49,466 bases of DNA from Octopus bimaculoides (Eukaryota), in NCBI RefSeq assembly GCF_001194135.2, contig NC_068982.1:1338203-1387668 (forward strand), given 5' to 3'. Within the stretch, counting starts at the first letter, position 1. Each line of letters begins with the position of its first letter. The notes under the pieces were generated by a model that was not told the origin of the DNA, did not search any database, and saw only the letters and a list, made by a program, of their open reading frames with translations. Positions 24,032-35,519 of this stretch are shown here, piece after piece. The position numbers and the translations under genes are program-made.

Positions 24032-24111
<80 letters not shown>
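24032..24111. repeat. (CT)n microsatellite
   Basis: Direct reading. Confidence 0.95.
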
Positions 24112-24114
<3 letters not shown>

Positions 24115-24687
24115 AATCTTTGTCCCCAAAGTTGAACTTGACAAAAATATCATCACAATAATGCGCAAACACCAAACCTTTTCGGAAGACAGTACATTCA
24201 GGGCATTGTATTGCTCACTGGGTTTCAAAAAATAAAACGCTGTTAACTTCGAAGAAAATAGATTAGCTATTTCTGCACCAAACGCAATTAATTAGTATTT
24301 TTTGATGTGATAAGCAATTGAAAAAGAACTGTCAATTGCTGTATTTCAGGTAGCCTAGCTAGCTTTATATAAATATTCTGATAAACTCGAATGCTAATTT
24401 GCTGACGTTTTTATGTTATAAAACTCGGATTTGACTTTGACCTTTGACATAAAGAGACGAAATCAAATAAAGTTTTTTGGTCCAAGACACTTTCTCATTC
24501 TTTGAGAAAATACTTTCTTGAATGGTAAATTTTACGGTTTTAAACACAATGGATTGTTTTATTCGGTTTGTCATACTTCATGTTTCTAACGTTACTGATA
24601 CCGATTCGTGTTTCAGTAAAATTATATGGGTTTCGTATGTGTATTTCGTGTGCAAGATTCTTGATGTGGATACGTGTGTTGAAAGAA

Positions 24688-24766
24688 ATACAATTAAACC
24701 TTGGGAGAGGCATTATGCCGGTAATAATATTACCGGCATAATGCCTCTCCGAAGGTTTAATTGTAT
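24688..24766. repeat. 79-bp near-perfect palindrome
   Basis: atacaattaaacctt-g-ggagaggcattatgccggtaata-a-tattaccggcataatgcctctcc-g-aaggtttaattgtat: 39-nt arms with one G/G mismatch and a 1-nt centre. Confidence 0.95.
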
Positions 24767-25044
24767 ATGGGTTTCTCCCGTCACATATTAAGGGAATATT
24801 TTAAAACAATGTTATTTTGCAACAGATGTTCCTACACAAACGCTCGCGCGCACGCGCGCGCACACACTAAGACACACACTAACACATGCATATATATATG
24901 TGTGTATGTGTGTGTGCAAAGATAAATATATATACATATACATATAGAGATACATACAAAAACACACCCTCAGCCAAAACCCACACCAATATATATTGTA
25001 TATGCACATATATATGTATATTTATATATGTGTATATATATATG

Positions 25045-25088
<44 letters not shown>

Positions 25089-25599
25089 CACACAATCTTC
25101 AATAACGTCACCACACATACAACTATATGAGCATCCACACACACACTGTTTAACTTAACACACACACACCACACACCATCATGTACCAACCCACACCTAC
25201 ACAAGCACATAATGCCTGAACATAGAAATTATATACACATACACACATCTACACATACGCAACACGCATAAACACGTGCAACACACATAGACAAATATAA
25301 CTTTCGCCTACATACATACACTATACACATGCACACAATTTGGTCACAGTGACACATACACACACACACATACACATGTGCACACACCACGTGAAAAAGC
25401 ATAAACCAACTGCTACACATGATACAGACACACACACACATGTCAAATTCACTCACCCCCATCCACACATACACACTCACACACACCATTCTTACATACA
25501 CAAACACGCTTGCGCCCCTCCCCTTGTTGGGATCACCACGAATTATCTCCCCATTATTCAACCTTACTCTATTATTAACTCCCTTTCATTCAACCTCTT

Positions 25600-25800
25600 T
25601 CTTCCCAATCATTCGCCATATGGGACCACTGAACTCAACAGGATTTTTTTCCTTCTCTCTCTATCTATTTCCTCTTATTCCTTTCTGTCGAAGAGCGAAG
25701 GCTCGAAACGTAAAACCCTTTTCCATTTTTCCCGAGCGTCAAACTATTACACTTGCTTGTTGTAAATACACATATCTTCGTCTTTTGTTTTTCTATAAAT
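25600..25800 (+). mobile_element. Penelope-like element pLTR remnant with a degenerate minimal hammerhead
   Basis: CTGTCGA-A-GAGC-GAAG-GCTC-GAAA-CGT-A at 25685-25712, followed by a pyrimidine-rich tail that runs into (CA)n. Confidence 0.5.
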
Positions 25801-25877
25801 TTCAACTACACACACACACGCACACATACACACACACAGAGATATACATACATACACACACACATACACATAAATAT

Positions 25878-25913
<36 letters not shown>

Positions 25914-26454
25914 NNNNNNNNNNNNNNNNNNNNNNNNNNNNNNNNNNNNNNNNNNNNNNNNNNNNNNNNNNNNNNNNNNNNNNNNNNNNNNNNNNNNNNN
26001 NNNNNNNNNNNNNNNNNNNNNNNNNNNNNNNNNNNNNNNNNNNNNNNNNNNNNNNNNNNNNNNNNNNNNNNNNNNNNNNNNNNNNNNNNNNNNNNNNNNN
26101 NNNNNNNNNNNNNNNNNNNNNNNNNNNNNNNNNNNNNNNNNNNNNNNNNNNNNNNNNNNNNNNNNNNNNNNNNNNNNNNNNNNNNNNNNNNNNNNNNNNN
26201 NNNNNNNNNNNNNNNNNNNNNNNNNNNNNNNNNNNNNNNNNNNNNNNNNNNNNNNNNNNNNNNNNNNNNNNNNNNNNNNNNNNNNNNNNNNNNNNNNNNN
26301 NNNNNNNNNNNNNNNNNNNNNNNNNNNNNNNNNNNNNNNNNNNNNNNNNNNNNNNNNNNNNNNNNNNNNNNNNNNNNNNNNNNNNNNNNNNNNNNNNNNN
26401 NNNNNNNNNNNNNNNNNNNNNNNNNNNNNNNNNNNNNNNNNNNNNNNNNNNATT

Positions 26455-26610
26455 TCGTTCTTTCATTACGTTCTGAGTTCAAATTCCACCTTTGGTCCTT
26501 TCGGGGTCGATAAATTATGTTGAGTACTGCGGTCGATGTAATCGACTCGTCCCCTACCCCGGCAAAAACTTCAGGACTTGTACCTTAAGTAGAAAGGATT
26601 ATTATTACTG
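26455..26610 (+). mobile_element. Meta-type SINE (5' part in gap)
   Basis: acgttctgagttcaaattcc...ggggtcgataaa...ggtcgatgtaatcgac. Confidence 0.85.
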
Positions 26611-26614
26611 TTAA

Positions 26615-26838
26615 TATTTATTGTCTTTGCCCAGCTTCTAACGCTGGAGATGTACTACGGTGTCAGCTGTTCACTACCTGTGAGCTAAGGTAACATCTCT
26701 TATTTTTCGAGCACCTTCTGGAGTATTCGAGCGGTTCCAAGCAGTGTTGTTTTCTGCAAGTGCTCCAAACTTGTTGCAGCTCCTATTTGTTCTATGTACA
26801 TCTTAAGATTTTTACTTACTGTTCCCAGGGCTCCGACA

Positions 26839-26840
<2 letters not shown>
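26615..26840 (-). mobile_element. R4/Dong-like LINE extreme 3' end, 5' junction in (TAA)n
   Basis: Minus strand VGALGTVSKNLKMYIEQIGAATSLEHLQKTTLLGTARILQKVLEK*, then a short 3' UTR ending in taataataat. (TTA)n lies at 26840-26887. Confidence 0.8.
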
Positions 26841-26886
<46 letters not shown>

Positions 26887-26887
<1 letters not shown>

Positions 26888-27432
26888 GAGTGAGAGAGAA
26901 GCGCATGCCATCAAGGTGATACTGGGTCACAAATATATAAATTCTATATACCCATCGTGACTGCCAGTCTGATAAGGGTACACCGGGCACCATATGTGCG
27001 CGACATGGTGATCTCATATGAAAATAAACAACGCATGTCCTTACAGGTGGGGCCCAGTTAGAATTTTCTTCAGGTTGAGTAACTCATCCTGCTCAAAAGG
27101 TCCCTAAATAAGGTTTGTTTAAGGATGATGAACAAAACACCCATGTTTCTAGAGGTGAATTATCCAAACTCCAAAGAAATTCCTCTCAACACATGGCTAT
27201 GTTGCTCCCCAACTACTTCGGCTCATGATCAAAGATGCACATATTGTCAGCCAGTAAGGGACATGCTCAACTGGTTAAGGTCAAACAACTGACAAGCAAA
27301 TCTGTGGTATTGAGCTGAATATTTGCTGTAGCCCATCTTTTTATACCTAGACAAAACAATGTACGTGATAACACTTCCAATCAGTTAATATGAGAAGCCA
27401 CGAGAGCCACTGCCTGGTACTGCATCAGGGCA
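26887..27432 (-). mobile_element. Non-coding retroposed repeat of about 545 bp with a (TAA)n tail
   Basis: No long ORF. Bounded by (TTA)n at 26840-26887 and (GAT)n(TAA)n(TTA)n at 27448-27508. Recalled as an abundant octopus repeat. Confidence 0.55.
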
Positions 27433-27539
27433 TGTATTACATCAGGATATGATGATGATGATGATGATAATAATAATAATAATAATGATAATTATTATTA
27501 TTATTATTACTTTTATCAATTCCTGCGCTGATAGGCGCT

Positions 27540-27950
27540 TTTAGCTCTGCCAGTCGGGCAGTCTGTTCGGTGCATGGTTTGCCATAGTGTTTTGCAGAGA
27601 ATTAGTGGTGGGTAAGAGCGACGAGGCTCTCGTGGAGATCCTGGGTGTCAATGAAAATCAACTGGATGGTCTGTTCGGGAGGACCTGGGCGCTGGGGCCC
27701 ATGGGTAGCATTCATAAATCTCCGGCCTAGCAGTGCTACTGGGGGTGGGCACATTACCGGTCCAATATAAACTTTACAAGTATAGTAGTGCCATCAGCCG
27801 TGCTGCCCATGATGCACTGCGAACGATGAAACTGTTCTGTACGCACTTGTATTGTGCTTGAGCATCGCTGATTTATGGAGATATGTCGAACACGTTTTGT
27901 AACTTGTAGGAAGGATCCGGCTATCGGCCGACTCTATTTTGAGTCAGGAA
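27540..27950 (+). mobile_element. L1/Tx1-clade LINE ORF2 C-terminal fragment with zinc knuckle
   Basis: Decayed frames give ELVVGKSDEALVEILGVNENQLDGLFGRTW.LGPM...A*QCYW.LPVQYKLYKY...CP*CTANDETVLYALVLCLSIADLWRYVE (W..Y..LP...CxxC..ET..H....C pattern). Confidence 0.7.
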
Positions 27951-28249
27951 CGGGGACTCAGTAATGATAGATGTTAGTCTTTTATACAAAGTTGTAGAGA
28001 CATGTTATCGGTCATAGTTTTATGGATTATTAGTTTTTACAGGTGCAGAAAACGAAAAATGTAGCTGTGTCTTCGTTAATTAGTGTATGCACAATTCGCT
28101 TTCCCGGAAAATGTTTTAAATAATAATTACTCGTCAACGTAACTAACAAATAGACCTCAGTAAAAACGTCATCAGACGTCTACATGTTACTTGTAAAGTT
28201 CTTTTGAAACAGCCTCCTTTCGTAAACTTGGATCGAATGGTAAAGCGTT

Positions 28250-28950
28250 GTTATTTCGAAAATGCCTGGACCAAGAAGTAAATATATTTTCCCTGATTCA
28301 GGGTGGCGCGTACATCGGTGGTTCTTGACGTGTGCAGCATGAGTGCAACTTTGTGGAAACTTCAGATTTATAGCTCTTTACACTTCATTTAGAACATGAA
28401 AGCTAGATTTCGTTAGACGGCTCGAGACATTTCTTGAAATATTTGGCTCTGTGGAATTAGTGGGTCACTGAAACGTTATTTTGGATTCACACAGGGATTG
28501 GGTTGGAGCAGAAACCTCGCAAAGCTTCTTACTGCCAATTGTCTTAGAGATTTTTGCATCGATTTCCTGAATGTGTCAATGTGGTGTTGACATATCGCAG
28601 TGGCTCATGCGGGTCGCATTTGAAAATAACTTTTGATAAGTTATCAGACAGTATTAGCTCCGTAACCATGTCTTGTAAAAGTAGAAAGACAACGTACGTG
28701 TGTTTGGCAATGCTATGGGTGTTTATTCCATCTTAGAAAGCGTTGATGACAGCCATGGAAGAAGAGAAGTTTCCTTCATAGGGCGATGGAAGGCTCATGG
28801 AACCATAAGAATCATCCTTAAAACAGAGGATGGAACTAAAGCATAAGTCGATTTATTAGGGATAAATCTATCTATAAGCTAGTCCCGGAATATTTAAGGA
28901 GGAGCAATAAAGGGTTACCATCGAGGATGTCGGACGATATCGGACCCTGA
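28250..28950 (-). mobile_element. Possible heavily decayed RTE-like LINE
   Basis: Only patchy resemblance (EIDAKISK, similar to EIDARIAK; EV*RA.L; HAAHV) across frameshifts. Confidence 0.3.
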
Positions 28951-29154
28951 TTGGTAGACCCTTCCATGACACAATATGAACAAGGAGTGTGTGCAGAAAT
29001 AATTTTCAACAATATGTCGTCTGGTGGGGTTATGGACACACAAGTCTTCATGAGTTTGCAGAGATAATCTGACTCCGGTTTTGATAAGAATTGGTTAAGA
29101 ACTGAATTAATGTAATTGTATAAAACCTCACGCACAATTTATGGTTTTGTGTAT

Positions 29155-29370
29155 TGGTTTCAAATTTTAGTAGAACGCCAGCAATTTCTCGGGCGAGAAT
29201 AAGTCGATTACATCGACCCCAATGCTCAACTGGTAATTATTTCATCGGTTCCAAAAGGATGAAAGGCAAAGTTGATCCCGGCATCATTTGAACAGAGAGC
29301 GTAAAGTCTGAAGAAATACTGTTAAATATTTTTGTCCGACGTGGAAACGATTCTGCTAGCTCACCGCTTT
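29155..29370 (-). mobile_element. Meta-type SINE
   Basis: Reverse complement of the family (gtcgattacatcgacccca...aaggatgaaaggcaaagt...gctagctcaccgc). Confidence 0.85.
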
Positions 29371-30623
29371 GCTTTGTGTCTCTATTAGAAAACATTTTAT
29401 GCCAAACCAATTCAGAAGATGTGAAGAGACTTTGTCTTTTGTTGTGTGTCTATAACAAGTTAGTCATGCGCAACTAATGTGAATGAATCTATACTTACAA
29501 GAAGAGTTTAATTCAGTAGACAAGCAAATAAAATCATAGTTACTTTTATAGAATTGTCACTGTTTGCAGAAATGAAGTGTTCTTCAGTTGTCGTGAACCT
29601 ATTAATAGTTTGGTGCTCTATTGAAAATTAACTGTCCTTTTTTGTGGTTGGATTGCAACGATAGCATTGGCAGAAAAATAAACTATTAACAGTCAATACA
29701 GAATTAGCTCAACCTGCTACTGCTCTTTTAAGTCCCGTTAAGTTTTACTACATTACATATTACAAATCCGATATATAGTCTATGCTGTTAGAAAATCTAG
29801 AAGTCAAACAAAATTTACAGGAAATGTATGAGAAAGCATCAGTAGAAATGAGTTTTTGAATTTTAGATTCATAACAAACAACTCGTTTTTGCAATGTTAT
29901 TGATAGCTACTTCATTTCACTAATAACTTTCCGTGTCTCATGAAAACGATACACATTTCAACAATATTCGACACATGATTAAAGTTAACACTTTCAAACC
30001 ATCTCACGCCATGGAAATAAACTCTCGTTTTTGTTTCTTTTACTTCTTCCTCATTTCGTTTTTGACATGACACTCCTAGCAAAATATAAAACAAAAAAAT
30101 AAAAGAAATAATATAATCTTCACAAGAACTGCAATTTCATGTCAGCTTGCTTACTGAAGCTATATCAACAATATTATAAATATGGCCGGAAGAGAAATCG
30201 ATAAGCTGTTTATTTGTAGAAAACAAACTCAAAATAAAGAAGAAGATGAATAGCATGACATAGAACAAAAGAAAAACGAAGAATAAATAAAGTTTATTAT
30301 CTGTAGGGTTTCCCATTCTCTGTGAGGTGTGGCAGGACTGAAATAAGCCTGATCGGAAACAATGACCAAATGGATAACTTCTTATTCGCTCGTTCTTAAA
30401 CAACAACGACAATAACAACAATAACAATCCAATTTAAATTAAGATTTTAAATTGGATCCTGAAAACGAAAATAAAAGATACAAAAATACATTGGCAGATT
30501 CTAATATTGTACTCATTTAGATTGTATTTTGACATTTTACACTGACGGAGATTCATTTTAATATCGACATTTTCTAAACGTCATTTTCCTGGAAATAACT
30601 TGTACTAAAGAAAAATATCAGCC

Positions 30624-30787
30624 TATAAGTTCGAAATGAAAAAAAATATTGGAATTAAACTGCTTCCTTTATTTCATCTATTTTTAATGCATTTGTTTAC
30701 CTTCACTAACCGCAATGTTTATAAAGACGATGTAAGAAGATCGTGTGTCATTCATACACTTTTTAAAGCATAAACATTCTGGCAAAA
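30624..30787 (+). repeat. Inverted copy of the internal segment of the MITE at 31082-31546
   Basis: Reverse complement of 31246-31408, with few mismatches. Confidence 0.85.
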
Positions 30788-31081
30788 GTGAGGTGAAATA
30801 ATTACTATCGAGAACAGATACAGAGTTTCGCACTCTGCTCGCCCGTAGATTAATGTTTTCTTATGATGCACGCCAGGTATCATTGATAAATATCGGTTTC
30901 ACTTCAATATAAAAACATGCGAACACTGAATGATACTCTGTTGCCTTTCCTACATGCATTAACTTTTGATGTTTTTGAATGTCGGTCCTGATACAAATGG
31001 ACTTCTATTCAAAGACATACCAGTTCTGACCATCCAGTCGTGCTATTAGGGATAGTATATCCGGAATTACTGAATATGACA

Positions 31082-31546
31082 GTTGTGTCTGGGGAGAGTC
31101 ATTCTTTTTTAATGCCTTATTGTTTAACACACTCACCGGTAAGATTTCCACTTATTTCTTGTTTATTTTTCTAAACTTTTCGTTGCGTCTTGCAACCTTT
31201 TCAATAGTTTTGACTCTGTGTGAAGTGTGGCAGGATCGGAACCAGTTTTGCCAGAATGTTTATGCTTTAAAAAGTGTATGAATTACACACGATCTTCTTA
31301 CATCGTCTTTATAAACATTGCGGTTAGTGAAGGCAAACACATGTATTAAAAATAGATGAAATAAAGGAAGCAGGTTAATTCCAATATTTTTTTTCATTTT
31401 GAACTTATGGAGAGTTAAAACTATGGAAAAGGTTGCAAGGCGCAACGAAAATTTTAGAAAAATAAAAAAGAAATAAGTGGAAATTTTACCGGTGAGTGTG
31501 TTAAATTGTAAGGCATTAAAAGAGACTGACTCTCCCCAGACACAAC
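31082..31546. mobile_element. MITE with TIRs of about 135 bp
   Basis: 31083-31217 is inverted at 31411-31545. The terminal 18 bp, ttgtgtctggggagagtc / gactctccccagacacaa, are perfect. Confidence 0.8.
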
Positions 31547-31841
31547 AGAATATGCTTCAACACACGATTATTGTTTTCATTTATCAAAGTGCAATGGAAG
31601 AAACATTTATTTAAATTTAAAAATTAAATAAAAGATAGAAAAAGTAATCATAAATACATGTAGTTGTAATTAGATCTATGCTGCTATATTTATAATAATG
31701 TCCATATGTATATCAATATTCATAAATACACTTTCTTATAGACATGAAAATGTCTATCGCAGTATGCTTAACCAGTCTGTTACTCGTTAAGGTGAAGAAC
31801 GCGCGTACGCACACACACATACGCACACACACATAAAGGCA

Positions 31842-31879
<38 letters not shown>

Positions 31880-32421
31880 NNNNNNNNNNNNNNNNNNNNN
31901 NNNNNNNNNNNNNNNNNNNNNNNNNNNNNNNNNNNNNNNNNNNNNNNNNNNNNNNNNNNNNNNNNNNNNNNNNNNNNNNNNNNNNNNNNNNNNNNNNNNN
32001 NNNNNNNNNNNNNNNNNNNNNNNNNNNNNNNNNNNNNNNNNNNNNNNNNNNNNNNNNNNNNNNNNNNNNNNNNNNNNNNNNNNNNNNNNNNNNNNNNNNN
32101 NNNNNNNNNNNNNNNNNNNNNNNNNNNNNNNNNNNNNNNNNNNNNNNNNNNNNNNNNNNNNNNNNNNNNNNNNNNNNNNNNNNNNNNNNNNNNNNNNNNN
32201 NNNNNNNNNNNNNNNNNNNNNNNNNNNNNNNNNNNNNNNNNNNNNNNNNNNNNNNNNNNNNNNNNNNNNNNNNNNNNNNNNNNNNNNNNNNNNNNNNNNN
32301 NNNNNNNNNNNNNNNNNNNNNNNNNNNNNNNNNNNNNNNNNNNNNNNNNNNNNNNNNNNNNNNNNNNNNNNNNNNNNNNNNNNNNNNNNNNNNNNNNNNN
32401 NNNNNNNNNNNNNNNNNNNNN

Positions 32422-32484
<63 letters not shown>

Positions 32485-33180
32485 GTGTATGTACAACGTA
32501 GAGTTATCGATTATTTAAAGAACAAACAGCACGTTTGATGATTGGTTTTAAGGTCGAAACCATTCACGATTAAACATTATCTATTTATCCAGCAACATGT
32601 CTGAATATCTGAATATCTTCAGTTACATATTAACTTATTGTGATGTGATTCTGTTGTGCTGGTCAGTAAGTTTCCAGTAAGTACACTCGACGCTTCTCAC
32701 ACTGAACATATATTTTAAGTGAATTTCTGCGCATAAATTTACCCTGAGCCAATGAGACAAACAGAACAAAACAGCGAAGTGTACTTATGTTCTCAAAGCA
32801 TAACGTGATGGTCCGGCGCCTGTTAGTACAACTTATTGACATCACTGTTTTTAAGTAAATTCTATTCGTCTACATTATATTTATTGCTTATTCTTCACTT
32901 TTACCTAAATAGATCGACAACAATTATGTTAAATTAAATTTTGTAAAGTATATTAGTAAACGTAAAGTGTGTGAAAGCCCTCTTGTGTGTGTATATATAN
33001 NNNNNNNNNNNNNNNNNNNNNNNNNNNNNNNNNNNNNNNNNNNNNNNNNNNNNNNNNNNNNNNNNNNNNNNNNNNNNNNNNNNNNNNNNNNNNNNNNNNN
33101 NNNNNNNNNNNNNNNNNNNNNNNNNNNNNNNNNNNNNNNNNNNNNNNNNNNNNNNNNNNNNNNNNNNNNNNNNNNNNNNN

Positions 33181-33402
33181 GTTTGTGACATGTTTCAACT
33201 GCTAAAAGGCAAATTCACAGCGGTTACCACAGAGAAAATTTTCTCTTATGGTAAAAAGGTATAGAAACACCATAGGAATCCTGACTGATGGTGACACTGA
33301 ACAGGTATGTTGTTTTTACACCTTTTTACCGTAAGATAAGATTTTCTCTTCTTCAGAAAATGCAATGAATTTGCCTTTTAGCAATTGAAATGTGTTACAA
33401 AC
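33181..33402. mobile_element. Hairpin MITE
   Basis: gtttgtgacatgtttcaactgctaaaaggcaaattca is inverted at 33366-33402, with inner arms tatggtaaaaaggt / acctttttaccgta. A related half-copy lies at about 11830-11950. Confidence 0.75.
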
Positions 33403-33646
33403 ATATTTCAACTAATCTAAACTTTGCCTATCCCTAAACGCTGCTTGGCGCTGATATTTCGGTAATTTTCACGACCGGGCGGTCTACTGGCGCAAATCAG
33501 TCAACGTTGTTGACTGCATTTTAGATAAAGCTATTGTTCAGAATTGCCTTTCTTAGGTATGTCCGATTGATAATAGCTAAGGAGCTAGAAACATAGATGT
33601 CTGGGAATCTTGATACATAGCAACACTGAACAGATATGGTGTTTTT

Positions 33647-33695
<49 letters not shown>
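33647..33695. repeat. (CTA)n microsatellite
   Basis: Direct reading. Confidence 0.95.
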
Positions 33696-34292
33696 AAACG
33701 TGTTGTAGTAGTCGATTGTATGGCATTCTTGGAAGTTTAGTATTTACTTATGATAGTTACGTAGTCTCTGAGGTTTTAACGATGCAATTAACTTGTAGGA
33801 TTGTCCTTATATAACTGACATTTTTCATTGTTTGTGAAACGCACCGAAGATGACGTGACAAAATATCTTAGGGGAAAACTTTCCTGATTTGTTTTGCTTT
33901 CTCCATGAATTTTGTGACAACAGAATCCAACTTAATGAAACTCGGACTTTAACTTGATTTTTCTTCACAGTTTCCGTTCCAATGTGCAGATATCCACAAA
34001 GTTCTAAATACTGCATATTTGTCGTGTAATTTAAGTTTAAATGGCGTTATATAATTACATGACACCTACATGCATACGTACGTACATGCGCGCGCACACA
34101 CACACACACTTACATATCGATATCTTCCCAACGTTGACACGATGATTTGACAAAGCGTGCGGTGCTTTATCGAACAATAAATATTAAAGTATTGTAGATC
34201 GAATTCACGTAGACATAAAATCATATACATACATACACACATACATAATACACACATATATACATACATACTCATACATACATGCGTACATA

Positions 34293-34610
34293 CATCACTG
34301 GAACTGTAAAAATCTGTAAAGCTTTCCAGAAGTTTATGAGTTAAATATATATGTGCATGTTTGGATATGCAACTATATGCACGAGAAGACATACATAAAG
34401 CAAAACATACAAATCTGCACGTATACATACATACATACACATACACATACATACATACATACATACATACATACATACATACAAGCAAACAAAAATACCC
34501 TGTTGTTGATGTTGAAATTCCAATGAAGGATCCTTGGATCTAGATTAGAAACTGGATCATTCTTTATTGGCAAGAAATTTTGAAATAAAACTGAACAATG
34601 ACATACATAC
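34293..34610 (+). mobile_element. 3' end of the (CATA)n-associated RLE LINE
   Basis: Matches the reverse complement of 6819-7140: catcactggaactgtaaaa...cagaagtttat, internal (CATA)n, then tgttgttgatg..gaaattccaatgaa...ccttggatctag...ttattggcaagaaat.ttgaaataaaactgaacaat-(CATA). Confidence 0.85.
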
Positions 34611-34817
34611 ACACACACACGCACACACTCACAGACGCAATACATACTTAAGATGCATGCATAGATACGCCATCCCCACAGATATGTATGTATGTATAGT
34701 CACTTATTATATATGACAGAGTTAGACTAGGCAGAGAGAAAGAAGGCGTAGAAAATGAGACAGACGTGAAGTAGGAAGTAAAGAGGGAAAGTTGAGTGAC
34801 GAGAAAGAGGAGAGAAA

Positions 34818-34854
<37 letters not shown>

Positions 34855-35483
34855 GTGAGAGAAAAGTGAGAGGAGAAAGAAAGAAAGAAATGGAATGGAC
34901 AGAAAGGGAAAATTGATGGAAATAGAAACAGAAACAGTTAAATAAGACGGAGCCAGCTTTCTTTTCTCGTTCCCTACTTGTCCAGAATATTTCCAACCAT
35001 TTCCTTTCAATAATACTTGTTTGATGAAGTTTATTGTTATATACTTTGTTGAAACACCGTTCCCATGTTGTAGGAATACGAAAAAGAAATTCTAATACTG
35101 TAATAGATGGAGTTCTTTCTTACGTATGAGCTACTACAATCACCACAACAAACCATTCGCTCTGTCTATCTGGTTGTTTGTGTCTGTCTGTCTGTTTCTC
35201 TCTCTCTCTCTCTCTATAATATTTACATTCACACATCACACAGATCTACGTATTTATACAGGAAACTACACAATACAACTTAGGTACTTTACGTAAATAC
35301 CGTTGTTATATATTTTTCATGAATACTTTGTTTCGTATGTGATAAATTATACTGTCATGGCGGTTGCTTTCTAGTTGGCAGATTGATTACTATGCAAGAT
35401 GAGGCTACTTCAATTATATAAAACCGAATATAGGCATTAGTTTTATTGCAGCATGTGTGTATGCATGTGTATGAATGTATGCA

Positions 35484-35519
<36 letters not shown>

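Noticed and set aside
29560-29625. Acceptor followed by MKCSSVVVNLLIVWCSIEN*, resembling a signal peptide
   Set aside because: It stops after 19 codons with no credible donor.
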